NCBI GenBank assembly: GCA_003345545.1
Contig: PRDH01000044.1
Coordinates: 32,001-96,000 of the forward strand
Direction of reading: 5' to 3'
Source: Candidatus Thorarchaeota archaeon
Lineage (GTDB): Archaea; Asgardarchaeota; Thorarchaeia; Thorarchaeales; Thorarchaeaceae
DNA length: 64,000 bases
The position numbers and the translations under genes are program-made. Numbering within the stretch: the first letter of the stretch is position 1; every line of letters starts with the position of its first letter. Below, in pieces: positions 18,269-27,361 of this stretch. The notes beneath the pieces are model-generated. The model had not been told where the DNA came from. It did not search any database and was given only the letters and a program-made list of their open reading frames with translations.

Positions 18269-20167
18269 CTATCTCTTGTCTTCGCCGGAGTCAACAGAAT
18301 CTAACAGACGATCTAGCTCGTCGAGCGTCTCATCATCGATAGGCAGGTCTTTTTTCTTTTCGTTGTCATCCTTGGACCCTTCAGACTTGGCTCCGCCCGC
18401 AGTGAGATCCAAAGGACCTAGAATCGATTCAAGCTCCTTGAGAGACTCTTCATCAATCTCGAAGCGAGTTTCCGACTCGCCTCGAGTGGAAACGGCTTCA
18501 TCGCTCTTGAATGCCTCAAGAGCCTTATCGATCTCAGTATGCGGAACAAGATCAATCTCTGCAGAGATGAAATCATCGGCCTGGAGTGCCTCGAAGATAA
18601 TATCCTTAGCCAATTTGACATCTCCATTGTCCTCTTCGATGACGGGCTCAATAGTAGGCACATCCTCTGCTGGCTCTGTTTCCTTGGGAGTATCAATTGT
18701 TGGTGAAGGTGCCACTTCCTCGATTTCAGAGGAGATTTCAGAGCGTTCCATGGAGAGCTCCAATTCCTCGAGGAGCATGGGTTTGGGCACTCTCTCTTCG
18801 GTCGGTTCAGATTCATTCTGAGCAACTGCATCCTCAAGAGCCTCAATGGACTCTGTTGTGTCACGCAATGCTCGGTCTTCTATGAGTTCAGACTCACGAT
18901 GTATCAATTGCTCATCCGAGAATTCAACATCAAGAGCTTGTGATTCCATTGCTTCTCCGGGTTCTGAGATAGGGATGTCTGCTTCCTCTTCTTTTGGCTC
19001 TGCAGTCAAAGCCACATCTGACTGCTCTGATGTTGCGGTTTCTTCCTCTTCTGCTTCATCAATGGATCCTTCGTCAACCTCTTCGATGACTTCCTCTACG
19101 ACCTCATAGTCGTCGGGATTCTCGACAACATGACCACTCTCATCAACTAAGACCTCCTCAACGACCTCAATGGCTTCATACTCACCCTCTTCGCCGGCTT
19201 CTTTGAGTTCTGCGGCCTCGCGCCTCTGAGCCATTGCATCGGTTTCTGCGATTGCCTCTTCAGTCGCTGTAGCCGTAAACTTCAGCAGCTCTGATGCAGG
19301 AAGGTCTGGCAGTGCCACTCCAACATATTGAGCCGCAGCAGTCATTAGTATCCCGAGCATCTCGTCGCGTCTTGCTTTGTCGATTGCTACCATTGGATAG
19401 GTAGGAATTCCAAGAATCTTCTGCACGACTTCGGGCCTCATGGCGTTTGGCTTGTCCTGTTTGTTGGCCAGAGCAAAGACAGGGACCTTGGGAGCATCTC
19501 GTTTGATGAGCTTGAGAATGTCCTTACTGATTATGACGTTACGAAGGGCAGAGTCACAGACTAGGAATATCACATCCGCTCCATGGAAATAGAACCGCCA
19601 CAGCATTCGAAAACGTTCCTGTCCCGCAAAATCCCAGAGGACAAGGCTATAGTTCCCGAATCTGATGTTCTCAACTGTTTCGAGATTGAGTGCAATGGTT
19701 GGCACGTACTGCAGTGGGGGTGTGTCACCAAGCAGAAGATGGAGTGTCGTGGTCTTTCCTACACCACCTTCGCCCACAAGAGCAATTTTGAGTCGAGTAG
19801 TCACTGATGGTTCGATAATCTTCGCATACCTTTCGCGGATTGATTCGAAGCCAAACTTTGCGAGGTCCTTCCTCAACGTCTTTGAAGCAGCCGCGACCTT
19901 GTCAAATATGGCACTTTCACTCTCGCCCTTGTCTGTAACAAATAGAAGGAGTATGTCTGAGACTGGTTCTGCTCCATGGAACTTGTGTTCACCAATAACG
20001 AGTGCCAGATTGTTGAGATCAGTTTCGTCGCTCCCTTCGGAGAGCAGTTCCTCCCTAGTCTTGACATACTCTTCAAGAGTCTCTTGCGACACCTCCACGG
20101 GCCAATACCTGGTTGATGCAAGCACTCTTCTTGTCGAGAGTCGTATAAGGAAGGTGTTGTGAATCAA
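18269..20167 (-). CDS. Arf-like small GTPase with N-terminal longin-like domain and long acidic disordered tail
   Basis: KIALVGEGGVGKTT, YVPTI, LWDFAGQERFRMLWRFYF.GAD, ANKQD; N-terminus MIHNTFLIRLSTRRVLASTRY; >300 Glu/Asp-rich C-terminal residues. Confidence 0.88.
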   Translation of the reverse strand: MIHNTFLIRLSTRRVLASTRYWPVEVSQETLEEYVKTREELLSEGSDETDLNNLALVIGEHKFHGAEPVSDILLLFVTDKGESESAIFDKVAAASKTLRKDLAKFGFESIRERYAKIIEPSVTTRLKIALVGEGGVGKTTTLHLLLGDTPPLQYVPTIALNLETVENIRFGNYSLVLWDFAGQERFRMLWRFYFHGADVIFLVCDSALRNVIISKDILKLIKRDAPKVPVFALANKQDKPNAMRPEVVQKILGIPTYPMVAIDKARRDEMLGILMTAAAQYVGVALPDLPASELLKFTATATEEAIAETDAMAQRREAAELKEAGEEGEYEAIEVVEEVLVDESGHVVENPDDYEVVEEVIEEVDEGSIDEAEEEETATSEQSDVALTAEPKEEEADIPISEPGEAMESQALDVEFSDEQLIHRESELIEDRALRDTTESIEALEDAVAQNESEPTEERVPKPMLLEELELSMERSEISSEIEEVAPSPTIDTPKETEPAEDVPTIEPVIEEDNGDVKLAKDIIFEALQADDFISAEIDLVPHTEIDKALEAFKSDEAVSTRGESETRFEIDEESLKELESILGPLDLTAGGAKSEGSKDDNEKKKDLPIDDETLDELDRLLDSVDSGEDKR

Positions 20168-20300
20168 GGCTACCTCACCAGTGTACGTAGTGGTTTGTGT
20201 GGTATGCTAGGGAAGCTCACGCAACATGAAGTAAGGTAGTATTGTCTTGATTAACTTGTTTTGTGTGTGTACAACTACAATATGCAGCATGACAAGGTTA

Positions 20301-20470
20301 GATGTTGGGGTTCAAAGAACCCCGAACATCCGTTGGAGCGTGTTCTTCGACCGGGGGCGGTAAAATTCGTTTATGCGCAAGAACAGTGCAGTAATCACTG
20401 CAATTAGGGACTAGAACTCGTGGGACCGTGTATTGCGAGTTCCTGACGGGGGAAGACCGCCACCCGTTTG
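20301..20470 (+). ncRNA. candidate structured non-coding RNA (unassigned family)
   Basis: Five consecutive stems in an ORF-free spacer plus loop-loop complementarity GGCGGT/ACCGCC; G-U extensions favour the + strand; boundaries approximate. Confidence 0.45.
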
Positions 20471-20568
20471 AAGTTCACACTACAGCAGACCTCGAATCGC
20501 CATAAGAAGCTTTCTGGTTCACCAAAAAAGGATAGTTATTTTCATTTTGTTGAATCGAGGTGTGATAG

Positions 20569-20604
20569 GTCTTTTTTCTTGTAATATTCATAAGAAAAAA
20601 AGAC
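20569..20604. terminator. AT-rich inverted repeat giving T-tracts on both strands (possible bidirectional terminator)
   Basis: GTCTTTTTTCTT-gtaatattcat-AAGAAAAAAAGAC, 35 nt past the stop of the 20639 gene. Confidence 0.5.
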
Positions 20605-20638
20605 ACAATTGTATGATACGGAACATGATGATTGTCAA

Positions 20639-21778
20639 TCAGCGGGGGAAGTTGTCTCGCAGAAGACGAAGGTGTTGATGGACCATCTCCATTGCCTTTG
20701 GATCATCAGGAGTCTTTTCGAGATCCGTCACCAGCGTCTGCAAGAAATACTCGGGGAAGAATAGTCTTACACGAATGTCATTAAGCAGGAATAGCCACTT
20801 GTCATATTCGCCTGAGGCACCCTTTCTGCGTTTTTCTGCGACTACCCTGAACTTCTTGAGGGTTTGGATTGCCTCCTTAAGCTCCTTCGGAGGAATGCCC
20901 AGCGTGGCCTCCAGTTCAGAGATATTTGCCGGGCGTCTTCTGAGTTCGCTGAGTGTATCATAACAGTCAGGATCTGCCAGGACTTGAGCGACTGATACAG
21001 TGTCTTCAGGGGTCTTTTGCCACTCCGTCAGGAATTCCAATACTTCTGACTTATACTCCGCCGCAAGCTCAGGATCCAAAACTCCACTAGCGGACTCCAT
21101 CGCCACGAGGGGCGGGGCTCTGAAGATTTCAAGGTCCTTTATCATGAAGACACACGTTCGACCAATCTCATCGACCCATTCCGTCTTTACTAGACCAAGT
21201 TCCTCAAAGGGGGCGATGATGGAGTCAATACTAACACTCGGAAGACCTGTGACCATCTTCAACCATTCTTCAAGTTCTTCTTTTGAGATACCACCTTTCC
21301 AGAGCTTGGGAAATACAGCCCGAGAAACCTCATCAGAGAACAATCGTGCCAGACGAGACTCATCAGTCATCCCAGCAAGTCTGATGATACGTCGGTATGT
21401 GTTGTCTAGCTCATCCTGAAGCTCTGCATCAGTCAATGCAACGACAGCATTTGTCAGAGGAGTCACAATCGACGTGATAGCAGCCTCATACATCTTCGGG
21501 TCTTCCGAAGGCGTCAGCAAAAGGGATACACAGTATTGCTCTTCCTCTCTCACTATTCCAGTATAATACGAAGCAACACCATATTCCTCACCGCCAATTC
21601 GGATACTGAGTGATGAAAATCCGGCTGTGGCATCACCCATGGCGTGAGACGTGAAGATACGCATTATCTCTGTATTAAGATCTTCACGGTAGTAGTCAGC
21701 AAAATCTGCAGGTACCTTCGCCTTCAGAACTGCTCCTATCTTTGAGTCCCAATCTATAAGCAGCATCGCTACGGGCAT
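20639..21778 (-). CDS. longin/uDENN-like domain protein with C-terminal winged-helix domains
   Basis: N-terminal LLIDWDSKIGAVLKAKVP (W/F-D-x3-G-x6-P start typical of uDENN/longin folds), YGVASYY..YCVSLLL strands; ISELEATLGIPPKELKEAIQTLKKFRVV wHTH; ATG 21778 preferred. Confidence 0.65.
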   Translation of the reverse strand: MPVAMLLIDWDSKIGAVLKAKVPADFADYYREDLNTEIMRIFTSHAMGDATAGFSSLSIRIGGEEYGVASYYTGIVREEEQYCVSLLLTPSEDPKMYEAAITSIVTPLTNAVVALTDAELQDELDNTYRRIIRLAGMTDESRLARLFSDEVSRAVFPKLWKGGISKEELEEWLKMVTGLPSVSIDSIIAPFEELGLVKTEWVDEIGRTCVFMIKDLEIFRAPPLVAMESASGVLDPELAAEYKSEVLEFLTEWQKTPEDTVSVAQVLADPDCYDTLSELRRRPANISELEATLGIPPKELKEAIQTLKKFRVVAEKRRKGASGEYDKWLFLLNDIRVRLFFPEYFLQTLVTDLEKTPDDPKAMEMVHQHLRLLRDNFPR

Positions 21779-21923
21779 TTCGCTTGTCTCCCAGTCCCTG
21801 GGGTTTGTTCCGCATAGAGCCAGAGCATGTACGGTTCCGGTAGTCACATATTAAAACCTTGTCACTAGTCGATTCGCAACCGTAATATCCTGGTATATAC
21901 AGCGCCTTAGGGGCTTAGGTATA

Positions 21924-22610
21924 TCATTCTTGTGATTGATTCTCCCTGCATTTGACTGTCTGTATTATCTCGCTGTGTATCTCAGCTACAACTGCATCGA
22001 GTGAATTCCCAGCATTAACGATTCTGAAGTTCCCACTGTCATGCTTCGCGATTTCAAGATACGCTTGGCGTACCTTCACAAGCCTGTCCAGCCGTTCGAA
22101 TTGTAGGTTTGCCCTATTCTCGCGCTTCGTTGCTCGAGCAAGTCCGACCTCGGCATCAACATCCAAGATGAAAACCACATCAGGTTCAGGAGCATGTATA
22201 TCCTCGCGATTCCTTCGCAGTATCTCCTGCCAAGGAACTCCAGTCGCTCCCGATTGATATGCACCAGTTGCAAAGAAATAGCGATCCATCAATACAAGTC
22301 TGCCAGAATCGAGGGCGGGAATTATGCGATTTTGAACATTCCATTCACGGTCTCTGATGAAAAGCTCAAGCTCTTCAGAAGGCGACAGTTCTCCTCGAGG
22401 AGACCTTGCTCTGATCTCCTTCCCCCACTGACTCTCGTTTGTAGGCTCTCTGAGCTGCAACACGTCGTAGCCTTCTTTTGTAAGACGTCTCTTGAGCCGA
22501 GAACATGCACAAGACTTGCCAGAGCCATCTATTCCCTCAAGAACGAAGAGAAATCCTCGAGGATCTCGACCAATTCTGCCTATCAAGCAATGAGTTCTCC
22601 TAGACGTCAT
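21924..22610 (-). CDS. tmk: thymidylate kinase
   Basis: LEGIDGSGKS, REP, MDRY....AYQ, PD..F.LDV, FE. Confidence 0.93.
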   Translation of the reverse strand: MTSRRTHCLIGRIGRDPRGFLFVLEGIDGSGKSCACSRLKRRLTKEGYDVLQLREPTNESQWGKEIRARSPRGELSPSEELELFIRDREWNVQNRIIPALDSGRLVLMDRYFFATGAYQSGATGVPWQEILRRNREDIHAPEPDVVFILDVDAEVGLARATKRENRANLQFERLDRLVKVRQAYLEIAKHDSGNFRIVNAGNSLDAVVAEIHSEIIQTVKCRENQSQE

Positions 22611-22737
22611 CTGGAATCCATCGAAATCTGCGCTGTTTTAGATTCTTCGGTCATGAATCACATGCTCAGATTCTATGAGAGCAATTCTTAAATTCGACAT
22701 GTTGTAGGATATGTTATCCTATCCAGTGTGATATAAA

Positions 22738-23250
22738 ATGACTGAGAAACCCGGACGAGCAATTGTACTTGTCATGGCAATCATTCTAGCCGCACTTCCA
22801 TTAGCTCCTGCGCTGCAGACGAAACTTCCAGCATCGTTGCCAGCTTCAGACATCACGCTCAGGATCGACTTTGGCAATGGAACGACTGTGACATTCAATG
22901 GACTAAATGGAACGACGGTTCTAAATGTGACCGATTCGGTAGTTGATGTAGAAACAAACTGGGCAGGGAACCTTGCCTATGTTGTTTCGATTGATGGCGT
23001 CAGTCAAGATCAGAATCATTGGTGGCAGTATTGGGTGAATGGGAACTATGCCTCTGTTGCAGCAAATTGGTATAGTCTCCAAGATGGTGACTCCGTTCTA
23101 TGGAATCGCACGGCATTCGGTTCTCAGAGCACAACATCAACAGATGTAGATAGTACCCTCATAATAGGTGGCATCCTTCTCGGAGCCGGAGGTTTGGGAT
23201 TCATGCTACTCCTCTACGTGAGGATGTCAAGGAGAGGAACAACAAGATGA
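22738..23250 (+). CDS. DUF4430 (transcobalamin C-terminal-like) membrane-anchored protein
   Basis: Signal peptide; YVVSIDGV, WWQYWVNG.YASVAA..Y.LQDGD.V.W; C-terminal TM. Confidence 0.8.
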   Translation: MTEKPGRAIVLVMAIILAALPLAPALQTKLPASLPASDITLRIDFGNGTTVTFNGLNGTTVLNVTDSVVDVETNWAGNLAYVVSIDGVSQDQNHWWQYWVNGNYASVAANWYSLQDGDSVLWNRTAFGSQSTTSTDVDSTLIIGGILLGAGGLGFMLLLYVRMSRRGTTR

Positions 23251-24014
23251 AGAAACAGGTAATCTTTGCTACTGCAATCTTAGGGTTGATTCTAACGATG
23301 AACATCGGAGGGGAGGCCGCAACTTCTGCGGTTGAAATCTCTCCGGCGATTCAAAGCTCAACGACTGTCAACTGGAGAATAGTACGGGCGCCTCAATATG
23401 CCACCAATGCAGTTTTTTCAAATGGAGGATACTGGCAAGCTGAGGAAGATGGGGTCATGAGCTTTGCAGTGACCGATATGCAGGAAGACATCGCAGGGGA
23501 GCTTAGACTTGGAAATATGACAGTCACTACGAATGATACGATGACTGCCAAAGACCTAACACTTGGAGTCTGGGGAATCGTTGAGTTTTGGCCAGGACTC
23601 TTTATCAAGATAGGTCGTAACGAAGTACAGGAGCTCAATGATACGGCCTATGCCTCGGCCGAGCATGTCGCAGGGAACTATCTCAATGGGACCATGCTCT
23701 CATATTACGACAATCTGACTCTTGATGATATCGAACACGAGTGCATTGTATTCGAGTATCAGCAGGACCCAACAGCCGCAGGTACGCCACAGCACACAAC
23801 ATTGGTCTACAACATATCAACAGGAGTTCTTGTATATGCAAATACAAGCTACTACTTGGGGGAGTCATTCAAACCTTATGTGTTCGAGATAGAATTCCTG
23901 AGCATTGATTACACTGGCACCATGCCGGGCCTATTGATCGGTCTGACGATAGTCATGTTAGTTTCCGTAGCCGCAGTAGCACTCGTCATGATGGAGAAAA
24001 GAAAGATGTTCTAG
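23247..24014 (+). CDS. secreted, C-terminally anchored hypothetical protein
   Basis: Signal peptide, beta-rich body (YNISTGVLV), many N-x-S/T sequons, C-terminal TM; ATGA overlap with the upstream gene. Confidence 0.75.
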   Translation: MKKQVIFATAILGLILTMNIGGEAATSAVEISPAIQSSTTVNWRIVRAPQYATNAVFSNGGYWQAEEDGVMSFAVTDMQEDIAGELRLGNMTVTTNDTMTAKDLTLGVWGIVEFWPGLFIKIGRNEVQELNDTAYASAEHVAGNYLNGTMLSYYDNLTLDDIEHECIVFEYQQDPTAAGTPQHTTLVYNISTGVLVYANTSYYLGESFKPYVFEIEFLSIDYTGTMPGLLIGLTIVMLVSVAAVALVMMEKRKMF

Positions 24015-24025
24015 AGGATAAGTAG

Positions 24026-24607
24026 ATGGACAATCACACACAACATCATCATCTGAGTCGAAGTCGTTGGGTGGCAGTGACTGCAATAATGGCAGCTCTC
24101 GCCTTGGTAGGTAACTATGCTCTAGTTATGGTGCCGAATGTCGAGCTTGGTTCGACGGTCCTCTTTGTCACGGCATATCTCTTTGGATTGCAGATGGCGG
24201 TATGGTGTGTGTTTCTGGTATCAATCATATTTGCATTCTTCAACCCTTGGGGCCCATTCATTCCTGCAATATGGCTCGCGCAAGTCATAGGGTGGCTCTT
24301 CATGGTGACTGCTGGATGGATGATGGGAAGAACAAGAGAAGGGCAGTGGACTCGTGCGGGAATCTTGGAACTGTCATTTGTGGGAGCTATCGCTACGCTA
24401 TTCTTCGACCTTGTCACTACAATGGGGTACTCATGGTCCTTCTCTGTACCATTTGCCGTAGCACTCATCAGCCTGCTACCATTCACACTGATTCATGTCT
24501 TCTCTAACGCCATTGTATTCCCCTTAGTCGTTCCGAAACTCGATCTGGCACTGAAAAGACCGATTAGCCATATGTTAGGTCCTGAGAGCAATCGGAGCAT
24601 AGAGTAA
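24026..24607 (+). CDS. ECF transporter S component (CbrT/cobalamin-like)
   Basis: ~6 TMs, AIMAAL (AxxxA), VPNVE, FDLVT, PFTLIHVFSN. Confidence 0.72.
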   Translation: MDNHTQHHHLSRSRWVAVTAIMAALALVGNYALVMVPNVELGSTVLFVTAYLFGLQMAVWCVFLVSIIFAFFNPWGPFIPAIWLAQVIGWLFMVTAGWMMGRTREGQWTRAGILELSFVGAIATLFFDLVTTMGYSWSFSVPFAVALISLLPFTLIHVFSNAIVFPLVVPKLDLALKRPISHMLGPESNRSIE

Positions 24608-24647
24608 AAAGAGATGTCTTCAAAGACAGGATGGAGAGTCGGATAAT

Positions 24648-25277
24648 TTGTCATGGAAGGATGAGTTCATCCGGTTGTCGCAACCGGCAGACGGTAGAGT
24701 TGCACCAGCTTTCAAGCCGTATCACGCCGCTGTGGCGCTCGTTTTGATAGGTAGGGAACAACCCCTCGGTAGATATGAGCTATGCGATAAGATGTCAATT
24801 GGCGAGGGAAGTGCAAGGACACTATTGAAGCGACTCTCAGAGGCCGGCTTGATAGAAGCTGATGGAAAACAGGGTCAGACACTCACTTCCACAGGGAAGT
24901 CACTCTTCAATCAGGTGACAAAGGATGTTCCTATTGGTAGAGTACTGGACATTCGAAGACTCGTAATGTATGAGCATGCCTATGCCAATCTTGTGAAGGC
25001 TCGTGCCCACGTGGTCACGGACGGAATCAGGCAGAGGGATGAGGCAATAATACAGGGAGGGTATGGAAAAGCCGGAGCGACAACATTCATCCAAAAGAGA
25101 GGAGACCTAGTCATGCCTCCGGATGACTATCATGTCCTTCTCGAGTACGAACAGGAAGCACTCTTGCTTATTGAGAGCCTGCGTCCTGAGGATGGGGATG
25201 CGATAGTGGTCGGTTCTGCGGGAGAACCCAATCTTGCGCGCGAGGTATCCATGGCTGCAGTGATGACTCTATTCTGA
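24648..25277 (+). CDS. winged-helix protein, DUF4443-like
   Basis: GRYEL...IGEGSARTLLKRL...GLI wHTH; GIRQRDEAI...G..GATT. Confidence 0.75.
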   Translation: MSWKDEFIRLSQPADGRVAPAFKPYHAAVALVLIGREQPLGRYELCDKMSIGEGSARTLLKRLSEAGLIEADGKQGQTLTSTGKSLFNQVTKDVPIGRVLDIRRLVMYEHAYANLVKARAHVVTDGIRQRDEAIIQGGYGKAGATTFIQKRGDLVMPPDDYHVLLEYEQEALLLIESLRPEDGDAIVVGSAGEPNLAREVSMAAVMTLF

Positions 25278-25284
25278 GGGTTCA

Positions 25285-26151
25285 ATGATGCAAACAGATC
25301 TCTTTGGAAATGTTCCTGAAATCGTGATTGATATTCATGAAACTGGGGGAAAATCCATCAATTCTGTGAAGCATCTCATGACTATGATGGATAAGGAAGG
25401 AATTAGATACACTATTGAAAAAATACCAATTGGGGACATTCTTGGTGCTGATGGCATTGCGATTGAACGGAAGACGGTAAGCGATCTGGTGAATACGTTG
25501 AAGGGGAGCGCTGCGGGCGTACCACGATTCACAAGACAAATGGATGCATTGTTGGAATATGAGAGACCCTACATACTGATTGAGAATATTCTCGCTATCA
25601 GGAGAGATCCGGTAAAGGGATGCGTGTACATACCATTCAGCACGAAACAGACAAAGGGAAAGCCCTTCTTTGTGACAATGGAGAGAGCTGCCTTCATCCA
25701 TCCGCATTCCCTTGATGCATTGATTCAAGGCGTAAGAGAACGGGGCATTCAGGTCCTTGAGGGATACAGCGCCCTTCATTCAGCAGGGCTTCTCTATGGA
25801 GTGCTATTTGGTGATAATGAGCGCAGAGAGCAGAAGGGGCAGCGGTTGCCTATTGTACGCACTCACAAAGGGCTTGATTCCATAAACGATGAGCAAGAGT
25901 TCTTCATCGCTGGTTTTCCTGGGGTCAACGTCATTCGAGCAAGAGACCTCCTGAAACGTTTTGAAACCCCCTTCGAGGTCATCAATAGCACAGACGAATG
26001 GGGTGAGATTGCAGGAATTGGACCAAAGACGATTGCAGCAGCAAAGAAACTGCTCCACACCAATTATGACTCCAAGATCCCTTCAGAGGATGAAGACACA
26101 TCAAAAGATAGTGTTCAGGAGGAGCACGGCCCCGACAAAAAGGTTAAATGA
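25285..26151 (+). CDS. xpf: stand-alone XPF/ERCC4 structure-specific nuclease with (HhH)2
   Basis: IDIHE, GDI, IERKTVSDL (ERKxxxD), FPGV..RA..LL..F, IAGIGPKT. Confidence 0.85.
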   Translation: MMQTDLFGNVPEIVIDIHETGGKSINSVKHLMTMMDKEGIRYTIEKIPIGDILGADGIAIERKTVSDLVNTLKGSAAGVPRFTRQMDALLEYERPYILIENILAIRRDPVKGCVYIPFSTKQTKGKPFFVTMERAAFIHPHSLDALIQGVRERGIQVLEGYSALHSAGLLYGVLFGDNERREQKGQRLPIVRTHKGLDSINDEQEFFIAGFPGVNVIRARDLLKRFETPFEVINSTDEWGEIAGIGPKTIAAAKKLLHTNYDSKIPSEDEDTSKDSVQEEHGPDKKVK

Positions 26152-26213
26152 CAAGACTATTCTATGACAAAAGAATTCTACGGCAATAGAATACTCAGCT
26201 AAGGTGATGTGTA

Positions 26214-27302
26214 ATGGGAAACATTCGTGTAGCAATCGCGGGACTTGGCAACTGTGCATCGGCACTTATCCAAGGAACACACTACTACCGCAACTCAAAA
26301 GCGGAAGACGAGGTGCCGGGGTTGATGCATGTTGATTTCGGTGGTTACTTCCCGAGGGACTTCAAGTATGTTGCAGCCTTTGAAGTCAATAGAAAGAAAA
26401 TCGGTCTAGACATTGCCGATGCTATGTGGGCAGAACCAAATTGCTGCGTGATTTACGCCCGTGATGTACCAAAGACAGGTGTCAAGGTTCTTCCGGGTCC
26501 TATCTCCGATGGCGTCGCTCCGCATATGAAGGAGTCCTTCTTCACATACGATGAAAAAGAGATAGAACCAGTTGACGTGGTTGAGGAACTTAAGAAGTCT
26601 AAAGCAGATGTGCTCATCACGTACCTGCCAGTGGGTAGTGCCAAGAGCACGAGGATCTATGCTCGTGCTGCGCTGGAAGCTGGAATAGGCTATGTCAATG
26701 CAATACCCGAGTTCGTTGTTTCAGATCCCAAATCGCCAATCGCGCAGGCATTCGAGAAGAAGGGATTACCATGCGCAGGCGACGACGTCAAGAGCCAGCT
26801 GGGAGCCACAATCCTCCATAGAGTACTTGCACAACTGTTCGACCAGAGAGGGCTCATTATTGAGAACACCTATCAACTGAACATAGGAGGTAATACCGAC
26901 TTTGAGAACATGCAGGTCGAAAACAGGCTGAGCTCAAAGAGAATAAGCAAGACGGAAGCCGTGACCAGCTGCGTAGACTATGAACTGCCAACCAAGATTG
27001 GGCCGAGCGACTATGTGCCTTTCTTAGGAGACAATAAGATCTGCTATATCAGCATGAGATCAAGGTCATTTGGAAACCAACCGATTGACCTCGACCTAAA
27101 GCTCTCAGTAGAGGACTCACCAAACAGCGCTGGCGTGATCATCGATGTTGTCAGAGCCGTCAAGATAGCAATGGACCGCGGAATCGGCGGAGAGCTATCA
27201 AGCATTTCCTCGTACAGCTTCAAGCACCCAAGATATCAGATTGATGATTTTGAGGGCAGAAAGAGAGTCGATGAGTTCATCGAGGGAAAGAGAGAACGCT
27301 GA
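26214..27302 (+). CDS. ino1: myo-inositol-1-phosphate synthase
   Basis: AGLGNCAS, YLPVGS, GDDVKSQLGAT, YQLNIGGNTDF, SKRISKT, DSPNSAG. Confidence 0.95.
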   Translation: MGNIRVAIAGLGNCASALIQGTHYYRNSKAEDEVPGLMHVDFGGYFPRDFKYVAAFEVNRKKIGLDIADAMWAEPNCCVIYARDVPKTGVKVLPGPISDGVAPHMKESFFTYDEKEIEPVDVVEELKKSKADVLITYLPVGSAKSTRIYARAALEAGIGYVNAIPEFVVSDPKSPIAQAFEKKGLPCAGDDVKSQLGATILHRVLAQLFDQRGLIIENTYQLNIGGNTDFENMQVENRLSSKRISKTEAVTSCVDYELPTKIGPSDYVPFLGDNKICYISMRSRSFGNQPIDLDLKLSVEDSPNSAGVIIDVVRAVKIAMDRGIGGELSSISSYSFKHPRYQIDDFEGRKRVDEFIEGKRER

Positions 27303-27319
27303 TTTTCGATGAATAGAGA

Positions 27320-27357
27320 TGTGAGCCAGCCCAGAGTGAATCTGGGCTGATCTCACA
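27320..27357. terminator. hairpin between convergent ino1 and M42 genes
   Basis: TGTGAG-c-CAGCCCAGA-gtgaa-TCTGGGCTG-at-CTCACA. Confidence 0.55.
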
Positions 27358-27361
27358 GAGT

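Noticed and set aside
18276-19109. Long Ser-rich + strand ORFs
   Set aside because: Antisense shadows of the Glu/Asp-rich GTPase tail; the same applies to most short overlapping ORFs in the track
20282-20407. 41-codon ORF (MQHDKVRCW...) over the hairpins
   Set aside because: No RBS, atypical composition; hairpin density better explains the region
20290-20520. Identification of the structured spacer as SRP RNA, RNase P RNA, tRNA or a cobalamin riboswitch
   Set aside because: No SRP helix-8 CAGG..GGAA..AGCA motif, no 3' RNase P P4 strand (ACAGAA..CGGCU), no cloverleaf; B12-box-like words (TAGGGA, GGGAAG, AGACC) are not arranged in the required architecture and the B12-type genes are >2 kb away
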